Source: Candidatus Staskawiczbacteria bacterium
GTDB lineage: Bacteria > Patescibacteriota > Minisyncoccia > Minisyncoccales > Staskawiczbacteraceae
NCBI GenBank assembly: GCA_903835075.1
Contig: CAILLM010000003.1
Span: 1,002-65,001 of the forward strand
Reading direction: 5' to 3'
Length of the DNA: 64,000 bases
Part shown: positions 10,275 through 20,155 of the stretch, piece by piece
Position numbering within the stretch: the stretch's first letter is position 1
Layout: each line of letters begins with the position of its first letter
Notes under the pieces: model-generated
The model's database searches: none
What the model was told of the DNA's origin: nothing
Seen by the model: only the letters and a program-made list of their open reading frames with translations
Position numbers and translations under genes: made by a program

Positions 10275-10846
10275 TATTTCAAAGTTGATAAAAATTTCTG
10301 AAGCTGGTTTTTTGCATCCTCAACAGAACTTGTATTAATTATTGTAAAATCTGCCATTGCAATTGGCCCACCTTTTTCAATATTTTCAATTTCAGCATAA
10401 TCACGTTTTTTGGAATCTGCCTTAGGAGTAGACCTAAATCTATTATTAGGATCATTTTCTACAGCTCTATTTTCCAATCTTTCGTATCTTAATTCTGGTG
10501 GAGCAAAAACACCTAAAATATGCATAGCCTCGCCGTATTTTTCTTTTAGTATTTTATATTCTGTCCAGCTGTATAAACCATCTCCCACTACGTTTGAATT
10601 TTTGAGAAGTTCATCAAATTTTGGAATGTTTAAAGTTGCAAAAGCGCCCATACCATATTGTTTGCGCAACCCTTCTCGCATTGCCTTTTCATTGGTTTCA
10701 TTAACTTCTTGCCCAGTTTTTTTCAACTCATCCATTGTAATCTGCCCAAACCTTACATATGCAAAACCTTCTTTTACGAGCTCGTCTGAAACAATACTTT
10801 TACCCGAACCTGTCATACCAACTATAAAAATTATTTTATTTTCCAT
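10274..10846 (-). CDS. P-loop kinase, dephospho-CoA kinase-like (UPF0200-like)
   Basis: GMTGSGKS Walker A, PELRYERL, RDYAEIE..KGGPIAMADF.I.N. Confidence 0.7.
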   Translation of the reverse strand: MENKIIFIVGMTGSGKSIVSDELVKEGFAYVRFGQITMDELKKTGQEVNETNEKAMREGLRKQYGMGAFATLNIPKFDELLKNSNVVGDGLYSWTEYKILKEKYGEAMHILGVFAPPELRYERLENRAVENDPNNRFRSTPKADSKKRDYAEIENIEKGGPIAMADFTIINTSSVEDAKNQLQKFLSTLK

Positions 10847-11540
10847 TTTTTTCTATTGCATTTAAAATATCATTAAAAACTTTATCTATTGTCTGATCGC
10901 CATTTATTTTATTAACTTCAAAATTATTTTTATTAAAATAATCAATCATTGGGAGAGTTCTTTCAACATATTGATTTATTCTTTTTTTAATAACTTCAGG
11001 ATCATTGTCATCTTTTCGCATCAACAATTTTGACCCGTCTAATGGGCAAAGAGTTAAATTTTTTGTTTCTTCATTTGTCAAAATAGAATGCCTCATCAAT
11101 TCACAAGTCTTTCTGTTAGAATTTCTTAAAATTGTGACTTCCGGCTCTACCTCAATTAAAACTATTTTTATGTTTTCTTTGCCGTATAAATTTTCAATAA
11201 ATGGCATCATTTTCTCCACCTCATAAGCGGTTCTAGGTGATCCGGAAAAAATAATTGACCTACCTTCATCTGCCAATTCCTTAATTTTCTCAAGCATTAA
11301 AGTTACCACAAAAGGCGGGTCCCATAATGTGCCCGCATCAGCTATTTCTTTTTCCTTGGCAAAGTAATATTTTTCTCCGTCAACTTCCACAAAAGCACCA
11401 GGTTGTGCTTCTGCAATTTTTTTACCTATAATTCCGCTGGTTTCGCTAACGTACAAACCCAATTTATCTGAAAGAAGTTCAGATTGAGTACCCTTCCCTG
11501 CTCCGGGAGGTCCAAACAAAATTATAACTTGTTTTAACAT
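10836..11540 (-). CDS. adk: Adenylate kinase
   Basis: GPPGAGKGTQ, GSPRT, lid region, RKDD; located secY-adk-(x)-map. Confidence 0.9.
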   Translation of the reverse strand: MLKQVIILFGPPGAGKGTQSELLSDKLGLYVSETSGIIGKKIAEAQPGAFVEVDGEKYYFAKEKEIADAGTLWDPPFVVTLMLEKIKELADEGRSIIFSGSPRTAYEVEKMMPFIENLYGKENIKIVLIEVEPEVTILRNSNRKTCELMRHSILTNEETKNLTLCPLDGSKLLMRKDDNDPEVIKKRINQYVERTLPMIDYFNKNNFEVNKINGDQTIDKVFNDILNAIEKNGK

Positions 11541-11541
11541 T

Positions 11542-12819
11542 TTAAAATGTTTCGTATTCGCGCATTTGAAGTTGCGCGTTAATTTGTCTTACTGTATCAA
11601 GAACCACAGATACCACAATTAAAAGAGAAGTACCTCCAACCAAGAATGCGAACCCTGTAACACCTGTAATTCCTGCAACAATTGATGGCAAAATAGCAAT
11701 TAATCCCAAGAACATAGCACCTGTGAACAAGACTCTGTTTAAAATATGTTTCATAAAAACAGCTGTTGATTGCCCTGGCCTTACACCTGGGATAAACCCA
11801 CCCATTTTTTGCAAATTTTCAGAAATTGTTTTTGGATCAAAAGTTACTGCAGTATAAAAATATGTAAATATAATAACTAACAAGAAGTATAAAGCTCCGT
11901 GTATCCAAACATTGTTAAAAAATGCTCCAACATTTGTGGCGACCACTCCAACCATTCCTGCGTATGTTCCAAAATAACTAGCAATCATTCCAGGAAATAG
12001 AAGAATAGACAATGCAAAAATAATAGGTATAACTCCTGCTGGGTTAACACTCAAGGGCAAATATGTTGAAGTTCCTCCGTACATTTTTGAGCCTCTAATT
12101 CTCTTTGCATAAGAAACCGGAATATTTCTACGGGCCTCAGTAATTAAAACCACTCCCGCAACTATAACAATGGCCAGTACAAAAAATGCAATATAGGAAG
12201 GGATTTGTGATGGCGTATAAGAAGAAAATGTTTGAAAAATGTTAATTGGAATTCTAGCCACTATACCAGCAAAAATTAACAAAGAAATACCATTTCCCAT
12301 TCCTTGCTCTGAAATTATTTCTCCAATCCACATTAAAAACATTGCTCCAGCAGTTATTGTTAAAACAGCTGATACCATTATTGGCCAAGAAAGGCCTGTA
12401 ATAATTCCCTGTTTTGCAAAAACTATAAGCATACCATAGCCTTCAAATGCTGCCAATGGAATTGTGAACAATCTTGAATATTGGTTAAATTTTTGTCTGC
12501 CAGACTCTCCCTCTTCCTTGTAAAGTTTTTCCAAGGCAGGAAATATCATTGTTAAAAGCTGTAAAATAATGGTAGCCGTAATATAGGGCCCAAGGCCTAA
12601 CAAAACAATTGAAAAATTACTTAAAGCGCCCCCAGTGAACAAATTTAAAAGACCAAAAACCTGGTTTTGGTCAAAGAATTTCCTTAAGTTTTCAGCTCCA
12701 ATTCCTGGTATTGGTATATTAGCTGCTAGTCTAAATACAACAAATAGAAAAACAACAAATAGAAATTTTTTTCTGAGTTCTTTGTTTTTAAAAAGAAATA
12801 ATATTTTTTCGTACCACAT
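11542..12819 (-). CDS. secY: Preprotein translocase SecY
   Basis: LGLGPYITA, GNGISLLIFAGI, AGVIPIIFA, FIPGVRPG, GGTSLLIVV. Confidence 0.99.
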   Translation of the reverse strand: MWYEKILFLFKNKELRKKFLFVVFLFVVFRLAANIPIPGIGAENLRKFFDQNQVFGLLNLFTGGALSNFSIVLLGLGPYITATIILQLLTMIFPALEKLYKEEGESGRQKFNQYSRLFTIPLAAFEGYGMLIVFAKQGIITGLSWPIMVSAVLTITAGAMFLMWIGEIISEQGMGNGISLLIFAGIVARIPINIFQTFSSYTPSQIPSYIAFFVLAIVIVAGVVLITEARRNIPVSYAKRIRGSKMYGGTSTYLPLSVNPAGVIPIIFALSILLFPGMIASYFGTYAGMVGVVATNVGAFFNNVWIHGALYFLLVIIFTYFYTAVTFDPKTISENLQKMGGFIPGVRPGQSTAVFMKHILNRVLFTGAMFLGLIAILPSIVAGITGVTGFAFLVGGTSLLIVVSVVLDTVRQINAQLQMREYETF

Positions 12820-12826
12820 GTAATTT

Positions 12827-12973
12827 AGCGAGGCAATTTTTTTAGCGAGGGAGTTAATTTTCAGCGTATTTCAGGACACGAAGTGCCTGACGAAGCCATT
12901 TAGACGCGAAGCGTATCAATGGCGTTAGCAGAAAATTAATTGCCGAGCGAGAAAAAAGTTTTTTGCCAAGCGA
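12827..12973 (+). repeat. Nested GA-hairpin element (inner copy 12844-12950)
   Basis: Fills rplO-secY spacer; outer agcgaggca...tgccaagcga, inner agcgaggg...tgccgagcga. Confidence 0.93.
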
Positions 12974-12974
12974 T

Positions 12975-13418
12975 TTATTTGATACTTCCTCCTGCTTTTT
13001 CAATTGCCTCTTTAGCAGATTTTGATGCTTGGCAATTTTCTACAACCAATTTTTTTGTGAACTTTTGGTCGTTTTTTGAGTCACCTAAAATTTTAACTTT
13101 TGGAGATCTTCCTTTTATTTTACTGATAATTCCTTTTTTAATCAAATTTTCTGGATTGATTGTTTCTCCATCCTTAGAAGTTTTTTCCAAAACACTCAAA
13201 CTAACCACTGCAACATCATTTTCTACTCTAAAACTTCTATATCCCTTTAATTTAGGATACCTTTTAATTAATTCTCTTATAATTGGTACCATTTTTCTAC
13301 CTGCTCTGGATTTTTGACCCTTCGCACCCTTTCCGGAAGTAGTTCCTTTCTTTCCTCCTCTACCAATTCTCTTTTTGGTTCTATTTTTATGTTTTGGTTG
13401 TAATTCGTGAAGTTGCAT
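12975..13418 (-). CDS. rplO: 50S ribosomal protein L15
   Basis: RIGRGG..G.TSGKG.KGQKSRAG, VKILG, AIEKAGG. Confidence 0.98.
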   Translation of the reverse strand: MQLHELQPKHKNRTKKRIGRGGKKGTTSGKGAKGQKSRAGRKMVPIIRELIKRYPKLKGYRSFRVENDVAVVSLSVLEKTSKDGETINPENLIKKGIISKIKGRSPKVKILGDSKNDQKFTKKLVVENCQASKSAKEAIEKAGGSIK

Positions 13419-13419
13419 A

Positions 13420-14034
13420 TTATATTTTATTCTTCAGTTTCTTTAAAGCTTCTATTGTTGCTCTGGCATTATTTAATTTATTTTTTGAACCTGAAAGAAT
13501 TTTTGAAGAAATATTTTTAATTCCAGCCAATTCGCAGATTGTTCTAACTGCACCGCCAGCAACCAATCCTCTGCCCTTTTTCTGTGGTTTCAATAAAATT
13601 ACTGCTGGTCCTGATTTTGCCATTGTTTCGTGAGGAATTGTACCGTTTACGATAATAACGTTAACCAAGTCTCTTTTGGCGCGTCTGGTAGCCTTTTCTA
13701 CAGCCTGGGAAACATCCTTTCCTTTATCTATACCAATTCCAATTTTACCTTTTTTATCACCAGCAACAACAACTGCTCTAAAGCTCATTCTTTTTCCTCC
13801 ACCAGTAACTCTGGTAACTCTAGCCAAATCTAAGAGCTTTGTTTGGAAATCATCTTTTGGGACATCTCTGCCAGCTCCAGCCCTGTTAAAACCAGGCCTT
13901 CTTTGTTGCCCAAAACTATTGTTTCTTTGCCCCTGTCCTTGCCCACCTCTTCCAGCGTCTCTTTGAGCTGGCTGTTCTCCAGTAGGAATTGGCACAAAGC
14001 CGTCACTTGATTGTTGTTTGATTTCGTCTGCCAT
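13420..14034 (-). CDS. rpsE: 30S ribosomal protein S5
   Basis: RVTRVTGGGKRMSF, AGGAVRTICELAGI. Confidence 0.99.
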   Translation of the reverse strand: MADEIKQQSSDGFVPIPTGEQPAQRDAGRGGQGQGQRNNSFGQQRRPGFNRAGAGRDVPKDDFQTKLLDLARVTRVTGGGKRMSFRAVVVAGDKKGKIGIGIDKGKDVSQAVEKATRRAKRDLVNVIIVNGTIPHETMAKSGPAVILLKPQKKGRGLVAGGAVRTICELAGIKNISSKILSGSKNKLNNARATIEALKKLKNKI

Positions 14035-14069
14035 AATTTCTATATTTAAACGTAGTGATATATTTATTA

Positions 14070-14417
14070 TTAAAATTGTAATCCGCCTTCTCTTGCTCCA
14101 TCGGCTAAGGATTTTACTCTGCCGTGGAAAAGATTTCCTCCTCTATCAAAAATAACTTTTTCAATTTTGCTTTCTTTTGCTTTTTCTGCAATTAACATTC
14201 CAACCTGTTTAGAAAGTTCTGATTTATTGCCCTTTTTTGCTTTTAAATCCTTATCTGAAACGCTAGCTAAAATTTTCTCGCTATCGTCATTTACCAATTG
14301 AGCATAAATATGTTGGTTTGATCTAAATACAAAAAGCCTTGGTCGATCTTTTGTACCGTGCATATTTATTCTCATTTTTTTATGCCTTCTTATTCTTTTT
14401 TCTGTTTTGATTGACAT
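14070..14417 (-). CDS. rplR: 50S ribosomal protein L18
   Basis: RPRLFVFRSNQHIYAQ, FDRGG..FHGRVK..ADGAREGGL; ATG at 14417 preferred. Confidence 0.98.
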   Translation of the reverse strand: MSIKTEKRIRRHKKMRINMHGTKDRPRLFVFRSNQHIYAQLVNDDSEKILASVSDKDLKAKKGNKSELSKQVGMLIAEKAKESKIEKVIFDRGGNLFHGRVKSLADGAREGGLQF

Positions 14418-14432
14418 GATAATTTTCAACTA

Positions 14433-14981
14433 TTATTTACTTGATGCTACAACTTTTTTACCTTCTTTTCTTCTAATTTTTTCTCCTTGGTATTTAATTC
14501 CTTTTCCCTTATATGGTTCAGCTTTTTTCTGAATTCTAATCAATGCAGCCATGTGCCCTACTCTTTCCTTGTCTGATCCAGAAACCGTAATCAAGTTCTT
14601 TTCCACTAAAAAGCTAACTCCGTCTATTTTTTTTATTTTAATAGGATTTGTAAATCCAACATTCAAAACTAGAAAATCTCCATCAACATTAGCCTTAAAA
14701 CCAACTCCTTCAATCTCTAATTTCTTTTCAAAACCCTTACTTACTCCTTCAACCATGTTTGAAATTAAAGCTCTGTATAAACCCCACAATCCTCTTCCTT
14801 TTTTGGAAAGTTCTCCTTTTGGAGCAACCAAAATCATGTTGTCCTTTACTTCAACTTTAATTTCAGGGTGTATTACCTGTTTTAATTCTCCTTTTGGCCC
14901 TGAAACTTTAATCTCTCTTTCAGAGATGTCTGTTTTAACGCCCTCTGGAATTTCAATTGGTTTTTTTCCTATGCGTGACAT
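14433..14981 (-). CDS. rplF: 50S ribosomal protein L6
   Basis: MSRIGKKPI, EPYKGKGIKY. Confidence 0.99.
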   Translation of the reverse strand: MSRIGKKPIEIPEGVKTDISEREIKVSGPKGELKQVIHPEIKVEVKDNMILVAPKGELSKKGRGLWGLYRALISNMVEGVSKGFEKKLEIEGVGFKANVDGDFLVLNVGFTNPIKIKKIDGVSFLVEKNLITVSGSDKERVGHMAALIRIQKKAEPYKGKGIKYQGEKIRRKEGKKVVASSK

Positions 14982-15012
14982 GATTTTATTTATTTAAGCG
15001 AATAATTATATT

Positions 15013-15402
15013 TTACCAAACTTTACAAATTACTTCTCCTCCTAATTTTTTATATCTTGCATCTTTATTGGTCATTAAGCCTTTTGATGTTGAAATTATT
15101 GATATTCCAAACCCTCCTCTTACCTTTTTAATATCTGCAAATCCTTCATAAATTCTTTGTCCAGGCCTTGAAATTCTTTTGAAACCTTCCATTGCTGGAA
15201 TTTCGTTATTATATTTTAAAGTAATTTTTAAACCTTTTATTTTGCCTTTTGAAGCTTTTTTTACTTCTCCAACAAATCCTTCTTTTGATAATATATTAGC
15301 AATTTCGTTTTTTATTTTAGACAAAGGAATCAAAACATCTGTTTTAGCAACAGCTTCGGCATTCTTTATTTGATTTAACATGTCTGTAATTGGGTCTGTC
15401 AT
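15013..15402 (-). CDS. rpsH: 30S ribosomal protein S8
   Basis: MTDPITDML, ISRPGQRIY, STSKGLM, GGEVIC. Confidence 0.99.
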   Translation of the reverse strand: MTDPITDMLNQIKNAEAVAKTDVLIPLSKIKNEIANILSKEGFVGEVKKASKGKIKGLKITLKYNNEIPAMEGFKRISRPGQRIYEGFADIKKVRGGFGISIISTSKGLMTNKDARYKKLGGEVICKVW

Positions 15403-15420
15403 ATTTTTTGTTTAGTTTGA

Positions 15421-15511
15421 AGCGAAGTAATAAACTTTTTGAAGGTTTAGGTCTACTTGCTCAAAGAGCAAGAGGGAAACCTGCTACCGGAAAAAAGTTT
15501 GTTACTGAGCG
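15421..15511 (+). repeat. Divergent GA-hairpin element between rpsN and rpsH
   Basis: agcgaagtaataaacttttt...aaaaagtttgttactgagcg; ggca/tgcc stem replaced by agta/tact (compensatory). Confidence 0.8.
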
Positions 15512-15514
15512 TGA

Positions 15515-15700
15515 TTACCATGATGATTTTTTGATTCCTGGGATCTCTCCTTTATTAGCTAATTCTCTGAAACAAATTCTGCAAAGACCAAAGGCTCTCA
15601 TAAATCCGTGCCTTCTGCCACATTTAAAACATCTCCTTATTTTTCTTGATGGATATTTTGGTTTTACTTTTGCTTTTGCTTCTTGTGATACTTTTGCCAT
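15515..15700 (-). CDS. rpsN: 30S ribosomal protein S14, Zn-binding type
   Basis: RCFKCGR...[20 protein letters not shown]. Confidence 0.98.
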   Translation of the reverse strand: MAKVSQEAKAKVKPKYPSRKIRRCFKCGRRHGFMRAFGLCRICFRELANKGEIPGIKKSSW

Positions 15701-15705
15701 GGTTA

Positions 15706-16275
15706 TTATTTAGATTTGGTTTCCTTCATTGGAAATCCTAATAATTTATATAATTCTAAACCTTCTTCTTTTGTTTTGGCATTTGTAACAACTGTTACTT
15801 CAAATCCAAAAATTGTTTTTTCTTTTTCTGTAAAAATTTCTGGGAAAAATATGTGCTCTTTAAATCCAATAGACAAATTTCCATTTTTATCAATTGATTT
15901 TGAATCAATACCTCTAAAGTCCCTAGATCTTGGCAAGGAAAGGTAAATTAATCTTTCTATAAAATCCCACATTCTTGATTTTCTTAATGTAACTACAGCT
16001 CCAATTTCTAGGCCTTCTCTCAATTTAAATCCGGCAATTGATTTTTTAGATTTAACTAAATTGGTTTTTTGTCCGGCAATTAATGATAAGTCTTGCATTA
16101 TAAAATTAAAGATTTTCTCTCTTTCTGAAGCAGACTTTCCCACAACTGCTTTACCAAAAGAACTATTTATGACTACCTTTTTTATTGAAGGAACAGCCAT
16201 TTTGTTCTTATATCCCAAATTTTTCATCATTGCTGGGATAACCTCTTTATTGTATTTTTCTTTTAAGCTTTGCAT
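15706..16275 (-). CDS. rplE: 50S ribosomal protein L5
   Basis: [24 protein letters not shown]. Confidence 0.99.
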   Translation of the reverse strand: MQSLKEKYNKEVIPAMMKNLGYKNKMAVPSIKKVVINSSFGKAVVGKSASEREKIFNFIMQDLSLIAGQKTNLVKSKKSIAGFKLREGLEIGAVVTLRKSRMWDFIERLIYLSLPRSRDFRGIDSKSIDKNGNLSIGFKEHIFFPEIFTEKEKTIFGFEVTVVTNAKTKEEGLELYKLLGFPMKETKSK

Positions 16276-16280
16276 GATAA

Positions 16281-16586
16281 TTAAATTTCTTGTTTACACT
16301 TTTTACAAACTCTTTTTTTAACATCTTTTTCTACTGAATATCCCACTCTTGTAGCTTTCCCACATTTTGAACAAATGATTTTTACATTAGAAATATTTAA
16401 AGCAGCTGGGATTTCAACAACTTGACCTTTTTCTCCTTCTCTTTTTGGTCTTACGTGCTTTTTCTTTAAATTAATCCCTTCAACTAAAATCTTTAAATCT
16501 TTTGGAAAAGACTTTATTATTTTACCTGTTCGGCCCTTATCTTTGCCCGCAGTTATTAAAACTAAATCTCCTTTTTTTATTTTCAT
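16281..16586 (-). CDS. rplX: 50S ribosomal protein L24
   Basis: IKKGD.V..AGKDKG..G, VEGIN..KKH. Confidence 0.99.
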   Translation of the reverse strand: MKIKKGDLVLITAGKDKGRTGKIIKSFPKDLKILVEGINLKKKHVRPKREGEKGQVVEIPAALNISNVKIICSKCGKATRVGYSVEKDVKKRVCKKCKQEI

Positions 16587-16618
16587 GTCTTTTTTGTTAT
16601 AATTTGGAAAATTTCCGG

Positions 16619-16987
16619 CTATAGTAATTCTGATGACATCATAGCTATTGTCCCAAAACCTTTTTCTTTTAGCTCTTTGGCAATTGGCCCAAGAATTCTG
16701 GTACCTTTTGGCTCTTTTGCATCTCCTAATATTACTGCTGCATTATCGTCAAACCTGATATAAGAACCATCTGCCCTTTTAAATTCTTTTCTTTGTCGTA
16801 CGATTACTGCTTTAACTTTTTCGTGCTTTTTAACAGTTTTTCTTGGTTCTGCTTTTTTAACTGCAGCCACAACAATATCTCCCAATTGAGCATATCTTTT
16901 TCTGGTTCCTCCTGGAACATTAATAACCTGGATGATTTTAGCACCTGAGTTATCTGCTACTTTTAACATTGATCTTGGCTGTATCAT
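16619..16987 (-). CDS. rplN: 50S ribosomal protein L14
   Basis: VADNSGAK, FDDNAAVI, GTRILGP. Confidence 0.99.
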   Translation of the reverse strand: MIQPRSMLKVADNSGAKIIQVINVPGGTRKRYAQLGDIVVAAVKKAEPRKTVKKHEKVKAVIVRQRKEFKRADGSYIRFDDNAAVILGDAKEPKGTRILGPIAKELKEKGFGTIAMMSSELL

Positions 16988-16991
16988 AAAT

Positions 16992-17225
16992 TTAAATCTT
17001 TTTAATTACTACCCAATTTTTATCTTTTGAAATTGGCTTTGACTCTTCTATTACAACCTTATCCCCCATGTGATATTCCTGGTTTTGGTCATGAGCCTTA
17101 TATTTTTTGTGACTCTTGTATCTTCTTTTGTATTTTGGATGTTCTTTAATTGTTTCAACCTTAACTACAACAGTTTTCTGCATTTTATCTGAAACAACTA
17201 TTCCTTGTAATGTTTTTTTAGGCAT
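16992..17225 (-). CDS. rpsQ: 30S ribosomal protein S17
   Basis: GIVVSDKMQKTVVV, HPKY, PISKDK. Confidence 0.99.
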   Translation of the reverse strand: MPKKTLQGIVVSDKMQKTVVVKVETIKEHPKYKRRYKSHKKYKAHDQNQEYHMGDKVVIEESKPISKDKNWVVIKKI

Positions 17226-17415
17226 GTTCCTTTTCTTTTTCTTTAATTAAGGTTAATATTCTGGCCTTTTCTTTTTTAATATTATTAATTTCTTTAACAT
17301 TCTTCAACTTACCAGATGAAAATTTAAATCTAAGGTCACTAAGTTTTTTAGTCAACTCTTGGATGCTTCTCTCCAATTCTTTTTTATCTTTTTTTCTTAA
17401 TTCTAGTACTTTCAT
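17218..17415 (-). CDS. rpmC: 50S ribosomal protein L29
   Basis: ELR...LRF...L.N...IKKEKARILT; position in S10 operon. Confidence 0.95.
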   Translation of the reverse strand: MKVLELRKKDKKELERSIQELTKKLSDLRFKFSSGKLKNVKEINNIKKEKARILTLIKEKEKEHA

Positions 17416-17416
17416 G

Positions 17417-17836
17417 TTAAATTGTATCTTTTTTAATAAATTTTGTCTTAATTGGCAATTTTCTTCCAGCTCCCTCTAAGGCTTCTCTTGAAACATCTTC
17501 TTTTAATCCATCTAATTCAAATAATATTCTTCCAGGCCTTACTGCAAAAACATAATGATCAACTGCTCCCTTTCCAGATCCCATACCAACTTCTGACCCC
17601 TTGGCGGTAACAGGCTTATCTGGGAATACTCTTATCCAAAGCTTTCCTCCTTTTTTTAAATATCTTAAAATATATCTTCTTGCTGATTCTATTTGTCTTG
17701 CTGTAATCCATCTTGTATCTAAAGCTTTCAAGCCAAATTTACCGAAATTTATTTCCGTTGCTCTATTTTCAACGCCCTTTGAGGCGCCTTTGTGCCACTT
17801 TCTGTGTTTAACTTTTTTCGGCATTAATATTGACAT
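17417..17836 (-). CDS. rplP: 50S ribosomal protein L16
   Basis: PKKVKHRK, WIRVFPDKP, GMGSGKG, KLP. Confidence 0.99.
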   Translation of the reverse strand: MSILMPKKVKHRKWHKGASKGVENRATEINFGKFGLKALDTRWITARQIESARRYILRYLKKGGKLWIRVFPDKPVTAKGSEVGMGSGKGAVDHYVFAVRPGRILFELDGLKEDVSREALEGAGRKLPIKTKFIKKDTI

Positions 17837-17866
17837 AGTTTTGAGAATGTAATAATTTATTTTCTA

Positions 17867-18526
17867 TTATGCTTCTTCAAATTTATCTCCTTTGTATATC
17901 CAAACTTTTATACCAATTTTTCCATATGTACACTGTGCCTCATCTTGAGCGAAATCAATATCAGCCCTAATAGTGTTTCTTGGTAATCTACCTTGGCTCA
18001 ACCACTCTCTTCTGGCAATTTCAATTCCATTCAAACGTCCTGAAACTTCAATTCTTATCCCTTTGGCTTCCCTATTTGTCATAACTCTTTCAATAGACTT
18101 TTTCAAAACTCTCCTGAAAGGCATGCGCTTTTCTATTTGCTGAGCAGACATTTGGGCAACAAGTGCTGAAGAAATCCAAGGATTTTTTATTTCTCTGATT
18201 TCTATTTTAATTTCTCTTTTTGTCTTATTTGTTAGTTTTCTTTGTATTTTGTTCTCTATTTCTTTTTTTAAAGCCTCCACTCCATTTCCGCCTCTACCAA
18301 TAATCATACCAGGACGGGCTGTTTCAATAATCACATTAAGCTTGTTTGCAGAATGTTCTATTTGTATGTTAGCCACTGAAGCCTCTATCAATTTCTTTCT
18401 TAAAAAATCTTTTATTAAAAAATCTTCTTCTAAATATTGGGGCATCTTTCTACCATAAAAACCACGGATGTTCCAATCCTCTGTCTCCTTTATCCTAAAT
18501 GATTTTGGGTGAACTTTATGTGACAT
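17867..18526 (-). CDS. rpsC: 30S ribosomal protein S3
   Basis: KVHP, RPGMIIGRGG, SGRLNG.EIAR, YGKIGIKVWI. Confidence 0.99.
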   Translation of the reverse strand: MSHKVHPKSFRIKETEDWNIRGFYGRKMPQYLEEDFLIKDFLRKKLIEASVANIQIEHSANKLNVIIETARPGMIIGRGGNGVEALKKEIENKIQRKLTNKTKREIKIEIREIKNPWISSALVAQMSAQQIEKRMPFRRVLKKSIERVMTNREAKGIRIEVSGRLNGIEIARREWLSQGRLPRNTIRADIDFAQDEAQCTYGKIGIKVWIYKGDKFEEA

Positions 18527-18527
18527 G

Positions 18528-18959
18528 TTATTTTACTTTTTTTGCTTTGGTTACTTTTTTTACTTTTTCTGTTGGTTTTTCTACTTTTATATTCTTTTTT
18601 ACTTCTTCTTTCTTTACTGGGGTCGAGTTTGATTCTTTTATTATAATAGCTACATGTGCTGATCTTTTTATAATAGGATAGGCGCGTCCTCTAGACATTG
18701 GGTGCCATCTTTTCAATTTTGGACCTTCGTCAACTGTAATTTCAGAAATAAAGAAGTTTGTTTCATCTAAATGAAAATCATTTTTTATGGAAGCTATGGC
18801 TGAATTTAAAAGTTTTAACACTGGTCTAGCAGATTTGTTTGTTGTAAACAAAAGTATAGACTGAGCATCGCCCACTTTCTTTCCCCTAACCAAATCAACA
18901 ACTTGTCTAACTTTCCTAGGTGAGGTTCTTAAATTACTTAATTTAACTTTGATTTCCAT
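18528..18959 (-). CDS. rplV: 50S ribosomal protein L22
   Basis: SPRKVR.V.DLVRG, VDEGP.LKR..P..RGRA. Confidence 0.99.
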   Translation of the reverse strand: MEIKVKLSNLRTSPRKVRQVVDLVRGKKVGDAQSILLFTTNKSARPVLKLLNSAIASIKNDFHLDETNFFISEITVDEGPKLKRWHPMSRGRAYPIIKRSAHVAIIIKESNSTPVKKEEVKKNIKVEKPTEKVKKVTKAKKVK

Positions 18960-18971
18960 AATTATGCTTTA

Positions 18972-19292
18972 TTACTTTTTAGCTTTAGGAGTTGCAACTA
19001 CTTTCTGTTCTTCTCCTGATTCAATGGCTTTTTGCATTTTACCTCCGTGTCTGATAAATTTTGTTGTTGGTGAAAATTCTCCTAATTTATGTCCTATCAT
19101 ATCTTCGGAAACATAAACTGCAACAAATTCCTTCCCATTATGCACTCCAAATGTATGTCCCATCATTTCCGGTGATATTGTAGAATGCCTTGCCCAGGTT
19201 TTAATAATCTTTTTTTCGTCTTTTCTAAGACTTAGAACCTTTTCAAGTAATTTTGGGTCAATATATGGGCCCTTTTTTAAACTTCTTGACAT
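18972..19292 (-). CDS. rpsS: 30S ribosomal protein S19
   Basis: [20 protein letters not shown]. Confidence 0.99.
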   Translation of the reverse strand: MSRSLKKGPYIDPKLLEKVLSLRKDEKKIIKTWARHSTISPEMMGHTFGVHNGKEFVAVYVSEDMIGHKLGEFSPTTKFIRHGGKMQKAIESGEEQKVVATPKAKK

Positions 19293-19326
19293 AGTGATTA
19301 ATTTATCTTTCTTTTGCTAATGATTA

Positions 19327-20154
19327 TTATTTCTTTCTTCTGCTCACAATTAACTTACTTGACCATTTCTTTTTATTTCTTGTCCTAACTCCTAAAGCAT
19401 GCTTACCTTGTGGAGTTTTTGGATATTTTAGACCAATTGGCTGTCTTCCTTCTCCTCCTCCATGTGGATGATCTACCGGGTTCATGGCAGAACCTCTAAC
19501 ATGTGGCCTTCTTCCTTTTAATCTTGATTTACCGGCTTTTCCTACTCTATAAAATCTATTTTCTGGATTTGATACCATTCCAATTGAAGCGAAACATTCT
19601 CCTTTAAACTTTCTTACTTCTGAAGATGGCATTTTTAAGTTAACATAGTCTCCATCGTGAGCCAATACTTGGGCCGAAGAACCTGCTGACCTTACAACCT
19701 TTCCACCTTTTCCTGACTCCATTTCAACATTATAAACTGCTGTTCCAACCGGCACATTTTTCAATTTAATTCTATTTCCAACTGTTAGCGGCGCGTTTTC
19801 TGAGAAAATTACGTCATCTCCAACTTTTAAATTTTGCGGAGCTATGACATATTGTATTTTATCGTCACTATATTTTATTAAAGCAATAAAAGCTGTTCTG
19901 TTTGGATCATATTCCAAAGCAATAACCTTTGCAGGAATATCCATTCTTGTTTGAGCAAATTCAATAACTCTATATAATCTTTTAACTCCACCACCTTTAT
20001 GCCTGACCGTTATTCTTCCTGTTGTATTGGATCTTCCTACGTTTCTTTTAACGTATTTTATAAGACTCTTCTCTGGCCCCTTTTTGGTAAGCTGTGAGAA
20101 GTCTATTCCTGTCATTCCTCTTCTGGCTGGTGATGTTGGCTTATAATGTTTCAT
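19327..20154 (-). CDS. rplB: 50S ribosomal protein L2
   Basis: EYDPNRTA, RGSAMNPVDHPHGGGEG. Confidence 0.99.
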   Translation of the reverse strand: MKHYKPTSPARRGMTGIDFSQLTKKGPEKSLIKYVKRNVGRSNTTGRITVRHKGGGVKRLYRVIEFAQTRMDIPAKVIALEYDPNRTAFIALIKYSDDKIQYVIAPQNLKVGDDVIFSENAPLTVGNRIKLKNVPVGTAVYNVEMESGKGGKVVRSAGSSAQVLAHDGDYVNLKMPSSEVRKFKGECFASIGMVSNPENRFYRVGKAGKSRLKGRRPHVRGSAMNPVDHPHGGGEGRQPIGLKYPKTPQGKHALGVRTRNKKKWSSKLIVSRRKK

Positions 20155-20155
20155 A

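Noticed and set aside
13418..13420. Absence of rpmD (L30) between rpsE and rplO
   Set aside because: Real but an established CPR trait, not novel.
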